A stretch of DNA of 64,000 nt from Octopus vulgaris (lineage: Eukaryota). Both the position numbers and the translations under genes were made by a program. Below, piece after piece: positions 38,401-48,344 of the stretch. Every line of letters starts with the position of its first letter. The first letter of the stretch is position 1. The stretch covers positions 108,128,001 through 108,192,000 of the forward strand of contig OX597817.1 in NCBI GenBank assembly GCA_951406725.2, written 5' to 3'. The notes beneath the pieces were generated by a model. It was not told the DNA's origin. It was given only the letters and a program-made list of their open reading frames with translations, and did not search any database.

Positions 38401-41400
38401 AGATGGAACGATTCAACACAGCTATTCAAGAGAAAAGACCTAATCGGCAGCATGGAGTTCTGCTGCACAACAACACCTGCCCTCATATTACCAATATGAC
38501 CAAGGAAGCCATTCAAACGCATGGCTGGGAAGTGCTGCCACACCCACCATACTCTCCTGATTTGGCACCAACGGATTTCCACCTCTTTCAAATGCTATGC
38601 GCGTTCAATACTGATGCAGAATTGAGAGCTTGGTTGGATCAATTTTTCAAGTCAAAATCGGGTGATTTCTACCAACTAGGTATTGAAAATCTTGTTGAAT
38701 GTTGGGAAGAAGTTGTAAACAAGAAGGGTGATTACATTATTGATTAATTAGTTGTTATTTTTTATTAAACCTTTTAAAAAATTTAAATTTAAAAAAATGG
38801 CGGGAACTTAGTTGCCAACCCAATACATGCCCGTGTGTGTGTGTGTGCACACATGCACTTGTGTGTTTTTGTGTTCGCTTACCACCACCACTGCTCAACA
38901 ACTGGTGTTGGTTTGCTTATGTCCTCATAACTTAGCACTTCAGCAAAAGAAACTAATATAAGTTCTAGATTTTGAAAAAATTGAGTACTGTGGGGTTGAT
39001 CTATCCAACTAAAAAACCCTTCCTGTTCAAACCAATGATCAAAGACAACCTACATCTAACCATGCCATCTTATTTTTGGACAGTTTATTTTCAGGTTTTT
39101 TTTTTAAGACAGAAGAGTGTGATTGGAAATAAATTTCGTTTGTTAGCTCATGAGAGTATGTGTTTAATGTATTGGTTAAGTGTAGGTTAATATACTTTAT
39201 GTAGAGCACCAAAAGTAATTTTTAGTTAATTGAAATTTTACTCATAATGAAAAGAAAAATCACTGGAATTAAGAATATTTTTTAAGAAAGGTAAGACAGA
39301 ACTTTGAAAGTTAAATTCATTAAAGATTAAATGGTCTTTGATATGTATGATGACAACTCTGGGCATGATTTGGTCTTACCATACCTTCTCATTGAAGTTA
39401 AATCCAACATATATTTTAAAAATGATCATAGAATGACTTTAATAGAGTGTAGACTTTTGGTGGGAGGCAGGGTGGTTATTGACTGATTAGGCAATTCAAA
39501 AGACTTCAAACTTTTACTTTGAAACCAGGCTATGCAACACACAAATGTTAACTTCTTTCACTCAGCTACGTCACAAACACTGATGAAACTTTGCTCATAT
39601 TTCCTTTTTTTTTTTTCTTTGTTTTCTTTCTTAACAGAGAACAACGTGTGACTGCGTTGATGGTTGGTCTTCTGAGTGGTCTCTCTGTCCTGTTTACTTC
39701 TGTACTCAGTGTGAGTATTTTCCACTTAATTTAATTTCATTAGGTTCATAAATATGATGATCAGTTTGTGAATTTTAATTATTGTAATTGCTAATATTCT
39801 GAGTGTGCACTGAAAATTTATATGATTTAAAAAATTTTTGCAGGTAATTCCAATGGCAGTTCTTTATGGAGTCTTCCTGTATATGGGAGTGGCAGCTTTG
39901 AAAGGAATGCAGGTAAGGTACATCAGTATTTATGGGTGTTGTTATTTACACTGGAGTCAACCTTGATTAAGCACGTTCAAAGAACATGGCTAGATGTTTC
40001 ATTGCCAACAATCTATAAAATAATTTCACTACTTAAAAGATCAAAAAGATAACAGAAGCAAATCTCTTTTTAAACTCTGTTGCATTCATATTTCTAATTT
40101 AATACATTATATTTGTAATAGCATGAAATATCAGTATGTTGTATATACACAAATACATTCACACAAATTTATTATACATGCATGTTCATATACACATGTT
40201 GTAGTGAAAGACAGAAATAATGGAAAGAGAGAGAGAACAGTGGGGTAGAAGGAGAAAGTGGGAAGAATTTTAACTTATTGTGTATAGCTTTAACCAGTGC
40301 ATTTTTCTTGAACTACGATTTTGTAATTTTAATTTGAATACAACAAATATTCTAGATTTTAGCCTACAGAAGGCTGGATTCAGCAATAATAATTATATGA
40401 AACCATTTCATTTTTAAGACAGTATGTGATATAAAAAATATTGCTGTCATTTCTAACAGGTCATTTGGATGTGTAAAAGCATAGATGGAGAAGCTTTTCC
40501 GTATCAGGAATTAATTCCAAGTGCTTCAGAACCTACAGAGATGCATCTGTCTTGTGAGAAAAGATGATGCTTTAATGTTTACAAATTTTACAAATTGGTG
40601 TATAACTTATAATATTAAATTATTGTTTTAGTGTTGGGACTTAAACCATCATTTTTTTTTTTTTTTTGCTGTATTTATTTTTAGATATTTGGTTAGTGGG
40701 TAGTTTCAAATTTGAATGCAAACAAAATTTTGTCTACAGATGAGGAGTTCTCGACCCTAATGAAGAAGTTGATAAATTATTCTTGTTTCTGATGTGTGTG
40801 CTTCAGGAATACATAAGAATTTATATCCAATTGCTTTCTGAAAGTTTAAATACAGTTAATTAAATGTAATACAATTTCAATATAAGCAAACAGGCAGCCA
40901 CATGCTATTCCTAATACTACATCCAATAAAATCCAATATTGCTCAAGACAAAGAGAGGGAACATCTAAACTTCTACAAAGTGCTATGACCTGCTAGAATT
41001 AGCAACCGAATTTTCCTTAAATTACACTTCACATACACAGCTAAATATTATTGAGAAAAACTGGGATATTATAGCTGCAAAATACCTGTGTAAGAGATGA
41101 AGTTACCTCTGTGAATAAATACCTCTTTGCTGAGGTCAGCTTTGCCTTGCATCCTTCCAAGGTGATAAGAATAAAGTACCAGTCAAGTACTAGTTACTTG
41201 ACTGGTACATAATTTGATCAACTAACTCCTCTAAATTTCAAGCCTTGTCTCTATGATAGGATTATCATTATTTTAAGTACCAGTTGTTATTGGTGATTAG
41301 TCTAACTCAAGCATTCTAGTTGTGACCATCATGTCTTTTCATAGAATATCTAACATTTTACAGGGCAATGTGTGCTTTCCTTTTTTTAAGGCAGTAGGAT

Positions 41401-44073
41401 GTAATTTGAGGGATATTTGGCTGCTATTTCTCTGAGTCTGAATGATGACATAAAAGCTCCCTTGCTAGCTCAGAAGTTCCAGTAAATACATAGGTTGAGT
41501 ACGTCTTGTGCTCACATAGAAAATATTGTCATACAAAAAAAATTTAGATTTTGAACTTGATTTTTGTCTTTCATCAGTCAAGTTTTTATCAGTAATAGTC
41601 ACAGGCATGGTTTTGTGGTTTAGAAGCTTGCTGTGTATCCATGCAGTTTTGGATGCAGTTTTACTGTGTAGAATACAGAGCAAGTGCCTTCTAGTACAGC
41701 CCCAGGCCAAACAATGTCTTGTGGATTTGGTAGACAGAAACTGAGTGAAAGCTCATCAAGTAGCAGACTTAAAATATGAACTACAATCCATTGATGTCTT
41801 TCATAGCCCACTTTGTTTTCTTTCCACATGTCATCTAGGAGGAGAATTTTCTCCAGAGACTATTGTTGTAGCTGTAGGTCTTCTCATGTCCAAACATACT
41901 TGAACATGTTAAATATGACTTTACATGAATACTAAAAAAAAAAAAAGATTAATTACTGTTTCTAATTAGATTTATTTGATTTTGATTTTTCAGTATGTGG
42001 ATAGGTTTTTGTTGCTGTTCATGCCAACCAAGTACCAACCCGATCATATATACCTACGCCATGTGCCTACCAAAACAGTTCATTTGTTTACTCTTTGTCA
42101 AACTCTGTGTTTAATTATATTGTGGGTGATCAAGACAATCAAATCAGTTTCCATTGTTTTTCCTATCATGGTAAATTTGTTTTTAAATAATTCAATTGAA
42201 ATTTGCTTTTAAATTTTTTTTCTAAATATATATTTTACATTAACTTTTCCATACTAGCATAAAATGAAGATTAATTGGTTCTTATAGCAAAGCAACCAAA
42301 CAGTAACAGAACAGGAACTTGTATTATAACATTCAGACAAATTGGAGCAAGCAGAGTAATGCGCCTTACTTGTGGACACAACTGGGGGAAAATCAGGGTA
42401 ATGTACCAAGGACACTATTTAAGCAAATAAGGGACTCAAATAGAGCAAACAGAATAATGTGTCTACCTTGGGAATGCAACCAGGACAAATGGAATAGTGT
42501 AACTTGATTTAAGATACAACAAGAGCAAGCAATCATGTGTCTTCCTTGTTTTGTACAAGAGGAACAAGTATGGCAGGGTGCTTTTCTTGAAGTCGCACCA
42601 TTCTAATAGCATGATTGTAGCAGTAGTAGTAATGATTATGTGGAGACAAAAATACATATGCAAATACATTCACAAACACACACATGTAACGCATATTTGT
42701 ATATATTTACAGTGGCTTCTGTAAAGTTTCCTCCTTGAAAAATTTCACTTAAGCATGGGCTACCTTGAGACTATAGTAGAAGACACTTACCCTAGGTATC
42801 ATGCAATGGGATTGAACACAAGATCATGTGATAGCACAGCAAACTTCTTAACTACAGACATGCTAACATCTCACTCTCTCTGTTAGTATATATATATATA
42901 TACAAGAAAACTGATAGCACTTCATCTCCGTGTATAACTGCTTATACAAAAGTGTGTGTGTGAATGCCAAGCAGCAACTGTTAAAAAGGCATATACACTC
43001 ATGTCCACATGTATTCACATTTACACAGGCATCTATACATACATCATCATCATCATTGTCGTTTAACGTCCACTTTCCATGCTGGCATGGGTTGGATGGT
43101 TTGACTGAAGGCTGGCTCCAATCTTGTCTGGCAAAGTTTCTACAGCTGAATGCCCTTCCTAATGACAACCACTCCAAGATTGTAGTGGGTGCTTTCTATG
43201 TGCTGTCGGCATGAGGGCCAGTCAGGCGGTACTAGCATCAACCACACTTGAATGGTGCCTTTTTACATGCTACCGGCACACTCGAATGGTACTTTTTATG
43301 TGCAACCAGGACAGGAGCCAGTCAGGCTGCACTGGCATTGACCACGCTTGAATGGTGCTTTTTACATACCACCGGCACGGGTGCCAATTAGGCAGTACTG
43401 TCATTAGCAACCACAATGACTTCACTTGACTCAACAGGTTTTTGCAAGTGTAGTTTATTGCCCAATGATTGAAGGGTGCTCTTAAATGAGCCAGTTATGC
43501 TGCACTGGTATAAGCCACAGTTATTGTCTCATTTGGCTTGCTGGTTCTTCTAAAGCACAGCATATTGCCAAAGGTCTCGGTCACTTGTCATTGCCTCCGT
43601 GAGGTCCAATGATCAAAAGTTGAGCTTCACCACCTCATCTCAGGTCTTCCTGGGTCTACCTCTACTGATTGGCTGTGTCACTTTTTCACACAGCTGTCCT
43701 CATCCATACGCAACACATGACCATACCAGCACAGTCGTCTCTCTTGCTCACCACATCTGAAGCTTCTTATGTGCAACTTTTCTCTCAGGGCACTTACACT
43801 TTGTCATGTATGCAACACTGACATTACACATCCAGCGAAGCATACAAGCTTCAGCCAAAGGTCATCTGACAGTAAATCAAAACCATTTAATTCCAAGATT
43901 TATTTATGTTTAACAACTGAATGAATTTAATGAAAGTATCTAAATATGAGACATTATGAAAATTGTTCAAACTGAAGACACATTTTTCCATTTGAGTCAA
44001 TACAGAACTACAGAGAGTATTTGTGCAGTTTTGATTTACTGTCGGGTGACTTTTGGCCAACCCTCTGTGTATA

Positions 44074-44123
<50 letters not shown>

Positions 44124-44129
44124 TGTATG

Positions 44130-44206
<77 letters not shown>

Positions 44207-46403
44207 GTATAAATTATATATATATAATAATATAATATATATATATGTATGTATGTGTATAAATATATATATATATATATATGTATGTATGTGTATATAT
44301 ATATATATATATATACATACACACACACAAACATACAGACAGATGACTTAAAACTTTTTTGTTAACTACTTTGTTTTTCTTGTTTGTATTTAAAAGGTGT
44401 TAGCAACATGTTTTGTTCGCAAAGCTCTGGATTATGTATTTACCCAGAGAGAACTAAAATGGTTGGATGACATTATGCCAGATGCATCAACCCGAGAAAA
44501 AGAAGACCTGGAAATTATGAATAATGAAGAAACTGAAGAAGTAAGTTTCTATTTTAATTAGGAAATGATATTTGTTTTTTATCCTTCAGTTACAAAATTA
44601 AATTGCAAGGTTATTTCAGCAATGATGATGATGATGATAATCATCATCATCATTTAACGTCCACTTTCCATGCTGGCATGGGTTGAACAGTTTGACTGAG
44701 GACTGGCAATCCAGGAGGCTGCACCAGGCTCCAATCTGATCTGGCAAGGTTTCCACAGCTGGATGCCCTTCCTAATACCAACCACTCCGAGAGTATAGTG
44801 GTTGCTTTTTACATGCCACCAGCACAGGGGCCAGTCGGGAGGCACTGGCATCAACCATGCTTGAATGGTGCTTTTTATATTCCACTGGCATGGGAGCCAG
44901 TCAGGTGGCACTGGCATTGACCACACTCAAATGGTAGTTTTTATGTGCCATAAGTACAGCATATTGCCTGACGGTTAAATATTTATCAAAAAATAGAATT
45001 GGTATTTACAGCAAGTTCTGTTGCCTCAATAAACTTGACATATCTCAATGAAAAATTGTTTGAAATATGACATTCCTCAGCAAAAGATAGATTGATACAT
45101 AAAACTGCTTTCCTTAGTTAAGAGTAATGAGATTTAATGTGTAAAAGGGCCAACAATAATATTTTGTTTTTTTCATATTCAGTTTTTGACATCAGAGTCA
45201 TTAATATAAATTGGCTTATCCTTTAAAGTTATGTGTCTTCTTTAACCCTTTAGCATTCAGATTAATCTGTCAAATGTAATGCTTATTTACTCAAATTCTT
45301 TTAAAGACATCATGCATTATCTCATTGCTTTGAAATTTCAATGATGTGATTATTTATTTCGCAACCATCGGGGCCTGAAGCACTCCTCAAGAAGGCACGT
45401 TTGTGAGATGGTTGTGATATATAAACAGTTTTAAATAGGAACCAGAAAGAGAAGTATGAACTTGCAATGCGCATGTGCTCACTGAATTCATAAAACAAGA
45501 GAAGAATAAAAATGCAATGTGCATGTCAAAGTAAAACGGAAGCAGAGAATAAAACAAGTTATATAACTCCTGAACTGCTTCAAAATGTGTTTTGCAACTC
45601 TTAGGATAGATTTGAAATTTGCAGGGATACAAATGGAGCACATGTTGAAAATTTTCAATAAAGTTTTGATGTAAGATTTATAAATCTATTGGTTTTGGTA
45701 TCATAATTAATAAACATAAAATTCTTTCAGTTGTTTTAAAATTTGTCCGATTTCATTGAAATAGATTGTTAATTCTGGGACACTCTGTATATACATATAT
45801 ATAAGTGCAGGATTCATGCAGTGAGAATAAACTTTACAACCTGTTTGCAAAGTGAACTTCTGAACTACAATAATACTGTGAAATCATTAATCAAAATTCT
45901 ATTTACAGGGTGTACAGTTGCTTAGCCGTGATGAAAATGAAAAATTGATGGAAGTTCGAATTCAACATGAAAAGCCTTCTGAAAAGTTTGCCAGCCATTT
46001 GTCTAGCAATGATTTAGACAGGGTGAACATCTCTGAGGAAGTAAATAAAACAGCTATTTGGCTGCAAGTACGAAATGAGAAGGAAAATGCACCCTTAAAT
46101 TCAAAGTCTTCAGGGCAAGTATTAATGTTACATGGTAAACCAGTTAATATATATAGTGTGTAAAGTGGCAAGCTGGCAGAATCATTAGCATGCTGGGTAA
46201 GATGCTTAGTGGCATTTTGTCCATCTCTGTGTTCTGAGTTCAAATTCTGCTGAGCTGACTTTGCCTTCTATCCTGTTAGGGTCTATAAAATAGGTACCAG
46301 TGGAGCATTAAGGTCGATTTAATCAACTTTGCCCTTCCCCCAAAACTGCTGGCTTTGTGCCAAAATTTGAAACCAATATAGTGTGTGTGTGTGTGTGTGA
46401 GTG

Positions 46404-46436
<33 letters not shown>

Positions 46437-47820
46437 GTGTGTGTGTGTATACACAATAAGGTATTATGTGAAGTTATATGCTCAAATTCTAACTACAAGT
46501 CTGAGGAAGAAATTTAGTGTTCCCAGTATTTTTAAGGTTCTCTTCAACTGTTGGATAGTGAGCAAGGTGAAGTTATCACTTCATCAAGGGTATGATGTTT
46601 AGTCTAATTTTCAACATTGAAATGATATAATTTTGCTTACTTCCTCTACATAGTAAGCTGGAAGTACATATGTAGCTCAAAAAATAATAACAATAATCAT
46701 CATATCATGTTATGTAAAATGAGATGCTAACCTGAAAAAGAAATAGAAACAAATATAATTCCATGACAAGCGCAAGGTGCTTGTCATGAGAGTCACCAAG
46801 AATTCTTCATGAGTTGATAGGGCAAAAAAGGTAAGGTACCTTTTAGTACTATTTGATAGCTTTTGGTACCAAACAGTACTAAAACTGTGTTTTCTGCTGA
46901 TACTCACTTTGAACTGTGGCAATCAGCAAAAACATATACCAGTAATGTACTGATTCTAATTACTACAGATTTCCTCTACAAAAATTAACTTCTAGCATGT
47001 CATGTCATCATCATCATCATCATTTAATGTCTGTATTCCATGCTGGCATGAATTGGATAGTTTTCAGAGGATTCTATGGGTCCAAAGGACTACATTGGGT
47101 TCCAGTATCTGCTTTGGTATGGTTTCTATGACTGGATGGTCTTCCTAATGCCAACCTCTTTACTGTGTGTATTGGGTCATTCTTTTGTGGCATTGGCCCT
47201 ATTGATTGAGGTCACTATGCAGCTCATGAGATTCCAAAAACTCTGGTGGTGATGGTGGCGGGTAGTATTTATGCAAGGAGATGTGGGTATTGAATGTGGG
47301 AAGAGGGAAGGAGAAAAGAAAAAAGCAAGTTCTTGTGGAGGAGCTACAGGGTTATTCACCTTTAAGTAAGGGAGTGAGATTGATCAGTAGAAGCTGCAAG
47401 TGCAGGTATCTTCCCAAGAGGCAAGTAGAAGTTGTTAGTACAGAAGTGTAGGCTGTGGGGAACTAGGTGACAGCTTTAAAGATTGGGTAGGATTGAAAGG
47501 TGCATGTTAAGCATGATGAATGACCATTGATGCATAAGTTATGGAAGGTACAGTGGTGTAGGACAGAGTTGAGGAGAGTAGAAAGACAGAGAAAACTTAA
47601 TAATTTCACTGCATTAAATAGAAATATATGAATACTTTTTTACATGAGGAATAATTTCATTTCATTATTTTGCAGGAGTTCTAGGCGAAAAAGAAAATCA
47701 AAAGACAAAGACAAGCATTCTAAAGATGCAAAAGACGGGGAAGTAAAACCTCATGAACCAAAAGCAGTTGATTTTTATATTCAAGAAGCTGATGACCCAG
47801 AAAGTGAAAGTAAAATGTAA
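1802..47820 (+). CDS. SLC4-family Na+-coupled bicarbonate transporter (NBC/NDCBE-like), 5'-partial, 15 coding exons in window
   Basis: Exons splice in frame to 867 aa with SLC4 motifs [70 protein letters not shown] plus a 4-Cys EL3 loop indicate the Na+-coupled branch rather than AE1-3. Exact paralogue not assignable. Confidence 0.96.
2464..3341 (+). mobile_element. Internally deleted mariner relic inserted in a family-B SINE
   Basis: Imperfect TIRs (..GTACCCGAAAGTAACC / ..TTTTGGGTACCCCTCA), TA flanks; [23 protein letters not shown] and [10 protein letters not shown] motifs with stops. Confidence 0.85.
3884..4285 (+). mobile_element. tRNA-derived SINE, family B
   Basis: Same layout as 6372-6780; further + copies at about 5045-5425, 10455-10835, 12045-12445. 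Confidence 0.8.
4300..4560 (+). mobile_element. Degraded CR1/L2-group LINE 3' fragment
   Basis: Frameshifted [20 protein letters not shown] resembles the WNSLP C-terminus of CR1/L2 ORF2. Confidence 0.4.
6372..6780 (+). mobile_element. tRNA-derived SINE, family B (CORE-like, internal TA/TG microsatellite)
   Basis: B-box GGTTCGATTCC, CORE-like GCACCTTGG.CAAGTGTCTT, central (TA)n(TG)n, tail GACTGAAACAAG..AAAAGAGT; close match to 34925-35323. Confidence 0.85.
7972..8264 (-). mobile_element. tRNA-derived SINE, family D
   Basis: Minus strand TGGCTCAGTGGTTAGAGC (A box) and GAGTTCGATTC (B box), then a non-tRNA body; partial relatives at about 3500-3720, 15300-15420, 52490-52620. Confidence 0.75.
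8391..8537 (+). CDS. SLC4 exon b
   Basis: tttcag|GTT..CAG|gtaaat; 147 nt; [49 protein letters not shown]; absent from the ORF track. Confidence 0.96.
9480..10420 (+). repeat. Head-to-tail cluster of about 4-5 degenerate family-A SINEs
   Basis: Core motif recurs at about 9570, 9750, 9855, 10080 in the same orientation. Confidence 0.7.
10146..10368. mobile_element. piggyBac-type MITE (223 bp)
   Basis: TTAA on both sides; perfect 14-bp TIR CCCATTAAGTCCCA; internal TGTCCT..AGGACA hairpins; interrupts a SINE-A copy. Confidence 0.85.
11140..11243. repeat. (CAA)/(CTG)/(GTT)/(CTA)n compound trinucleotide microsatellite
   Basis: Directly visible; source of the poly-Ser and poly-Val ORFs. Confidence 0.9.
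12906..13003 (+). CDS. SLC4 exon c (linker before TM1)
   Basis: aag|GGA..AG|gtagga; 98 nt, phase 0 to 2; [32 protein letters not shown]; acceptor ambiguous (in-frame cag ending at 12950). Confidence 0.85.
13237..13646 (+). mobile_element. 5'-truncated CR1-clade LINE 3' end
   Basis: [43 protein letters not shown]; AATAAA followed by an (ATTGA)3 tail. Confidence 0.85.
13655..14280 (+). mobile_element. Mariner 5' fragment
   Basis: [47 protein letters not shown]; truncated before the DDD domain. Confidence 0.8.
14495..14840. repeat. Imperfect palindrome (Penelope-like inverted remnant)
   Basis: 14495-14595 matches the reverse complement of 14741-14840; second inner arm pair; minus-strand GAAACAGCTGT half-hammerhead at 14598-14608. 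Confidence 0.65.
15130..15295. mobile_element. piggyBac-type MITE fragment
   Basis: Body similar to 45245-45360, which starts TTAA-CCCTTTAGCATT; this copy ends in decayed AATGCTAAGGGATTGA. Confidence 0.5.
16045..16219 (+). CDS. SLC4 exon d (TM1)
   Basis: tttgcag|C..ATG|gtaagt; 175 nt; [12 protein letters not shown]...[23 protein letters not shown]. Confidence 0.96.
18224..18357 (+). CDS. SLC4 exon e (TM2-TM3)
   Basis: tatcag|GGA..AA|gtaaga; 134 nt; [44 protein letters not shown]. Confidence 0.96.
18846..19037. repeat. Imperfect palindrome with decayed hammerhead-like spacer
   Basis: About 70-bp arms 18846-18914 / 18968-19037. Confidence 0.65.
19999..20634 (-). mobile_element. Possible solo LTR
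   Basis: TG..CA ends, minus-strand TATATAA (about 20420) then AATAAA (about 20085), three short internal direct repeats; no convincing TSD. Confidence 0.3.
20704..21118 (-). mobile_element. Family-B SINE, antisense
   Basis: Reverse complement of the 6372-6780 layout; another - copy at 53941-54252. Confidence 0.85.
21396..21930 (+). CDS. SLC4 exon f (TM4-TM6 with extracellular loop 3)
   Basis: ttgcag|A..TGG|gtatgt; 535 nt; [40 protein letters not shown]. Confidence 0.96.
22570..23166 (+). mobile_element. RTE-clade LINE 3' fragment
   Basis: [32 protein letters not shown] then 3' UTR ending GACGTTAAAT(GAT)n. Confidence 0.85.
23830..24212 (+). mobile_element. RTE 3'-UTR fragment with tandem units
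   Basis: TGGCACGTAAAAAGCACCATCCGATCGTGG units, tail GGACGTTAAAC.(GAT)n; highly similar to 36860-37172. Confidence 0.8.
24322..24565. repeat. Palindrome of two hammerhead-like arms (Penelope-like)
   Basis: 96-bp arms 24322-24417 / 24470-24565, each reading outward CTGACGA-GATG..CATC-Y(G/A)AAACT..GAGTT. Confidence 0.7.
24581..24872. mobile_element. Decayed foldback/MITE palindrome in a TA tract
   Basis: AATCAAAGT/ACTTTGATT ends, TATAGATC.ATTACA/TGTAAT.GATCTATA, GGGATGGC..GTATGAAAA/TTTTCATAC..GCCATTCCC. Confidence 0.6.
25100..25624 (+). mobile_element. Mariner 3' fragment
   Basis: [48 protein letters not shown]; right TIR ..TTTCCTGACAACCTAA-TA. Confidence 0.85.
26860..27318 (+). mobile_element. 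SINE with family-B head and RTE-type 3' tail
   Basis: Head and microsatellite as family B, different 3' half ending GCATGGAAAAGTGGAC.TT..A.GATGAT; second copy about 22120-22515. Confidence 0.75.
27886..28648 (+). repeat. Local direct duplication (A-B-A'-X-B')
   Basis: B = about 27939-28155 and 28434-28648; A = about 27886-27939 and 28161-28215. Confidence 0.85.
29199..29312 (+). CDS. SLC4 exon g (TM7)
   Basis: ttccag|GTT..AAG|gtaagt; 114 nt; [38 protein letters not shown]. Confidence 0.95.
29525..30266 (+). mobile_element. RTE 3' UTR with 66-bp tandem array
   Basis: Units start at 29633, 29699, 29765, 29831, 29897, 29963, plus partial units; (GAT)n tail. Confidence 0.85.
31073..31228. mobile_element. 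hAT-type MITE (156 bp)
   Basis: TIR (C/T)AGGGCTGTGGAGTTG; perfect 8-bp TSD GTTATAAA at 31065-31072 and 31229-31236. Confidence 0.88.
31944..32108 (+). CDS. SLC4 exon h (TM8)
   Basis: caacag|CCA..AGG|gtaaga; 165 nt; [41 protein letters not shown]. Confidence 0.96.
32960..33180. mobile_element. piggyBac-type MITE (221 bp)
   Basis: TTAA flanks; 12-bp TIR CCCTTTTGTTAC. Confidence 0.85.
33337..33515 (+). CDS. SLC4 exon i (TM9-TM10)
   Basis: tttcag|AAA..AG|gtaaaa; 179 nt; [46 protein letters not shown]. Confidence 0.96.
34925..35323 (+). mobile_element. Family-B SINE (young, CpG-retaining copy)
   Basis: Full head, microsatellite and tail; closely matches 6372-6780. Confidence 0.85.
36860..37172 (+). 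mobile_element. RTE 3'-UTR fragment (young)
   Basis: CpGs retained; tail GGAAAGCGGACGTTAAAC(GAT)n. Confidence 0.8.
37560..38823 (+). mobile_element. Near full-length mariner (1264 bp), defective transposase
   Basis: Perfect 24-bp TIR TTGGGTTGGCAACTAAGTTCCCGC, TA flanks; [13 protein letters not shown].., (W>*)[17 protein letters not shown]; stops and frameshifts; splits a family-B SINE. Confidence 0.93.
39638..39710 (+). CDS. SLC4 exon j (TM11)
   Basis: taacag|A..AGT|gtgagt; 73 nt; (R)[24 protein letters not shown]. Confidence 0.94.
39844..39912 (+). CDS. SLC4 exon k (TM12)
   Basis: tttgcag|GTA..CAG|gtaagg; 69 nt; [23 protein letters not shown]; preceding intron only 133 nt. Confidence 0.95.
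41994..42170 (+). CDS. SLC4 exon l (TM13)
   Basis: tttcag|TAT..ATG|gtaaat; 177 nt; [32 protein letters not shown]. Confidence 0.96.
43040..43855 (-). mobile_element. RTE-clade LINE 3' fragment
   Basis: Minus strand [24 protein letters not shown]; tandem units; (GAT)n tail. Shorter - fragments at about 17030-17300, 18490-18730, 44640-44950, 47000-47180. Confidence 0.85.
44068..44330. repeat. (TA)n / TATGTATGTGTA compound microsatellite
   Basis: Directly visible. Confidence 0.95.
44397..44540 (+). CDS. SLC4 exon m (TM14, start of C-tail)
   Basis: taaaag|GTG..GAA|gtaagt; 144 nt; [48 protein letters not shown]. Confidence 0.94.
45909..46114 (+). CDS. SLC4 exon n (C-tail), probable GC donor
   Basis: ttacag|GGT; [35 protein letters not shown]; the only phase-2 donor seen that fits the next exon is GG|gcaagt. 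Confidence 0.8.
47676..47820 (+). CDS. SLC4 terminal coding exon
   Basis: ttttgcag|G AGT TCT AGG..; [47 protein letters not shown] (TAA 47818-47820). Confidence 0.8.
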
Positions 47821-48117
47821 TATGAGATCATCATCACTGTTATCATAGTCATCATCACCATCATCATGATGATAGGCTTCATCATCATTATTATCACTAT
47901 CATTATCATTATTGTTATTAATTAACATTATGATCATCACTAACAACAATAACAACAGCTAAAATCAAAATGATAAAGAAATAAGCTGTTTGAATGTCAA
48001 CATCTGTGAGTGTGATCTCAAATTACAAGAGTTTCAAATTAAAAATGGTCAGGTAAATTTCAGAAGACCGTCTTCCTTTTGAGAGGATAGTAACAAGATG
48101 GTTACAAATAACTACTT

Positions 48118-48118
<1 letters not shown>

Positions 48119-48154
<36 letters not shown>

Positions 48155-48313
48155 CACGCACATATCTATGTGTATATAAATAAATATATGTATGTGCATA
48201 TATATATATATATAGTACATATATGCATGTGTGTGTACATGTATATATTTATATACATATGTATATAGATATAGATACATGTGTGTGCATTAAACATGTA
48301 TATGTATGTATGC

Positions 48314-48344
<31 letters not shown>

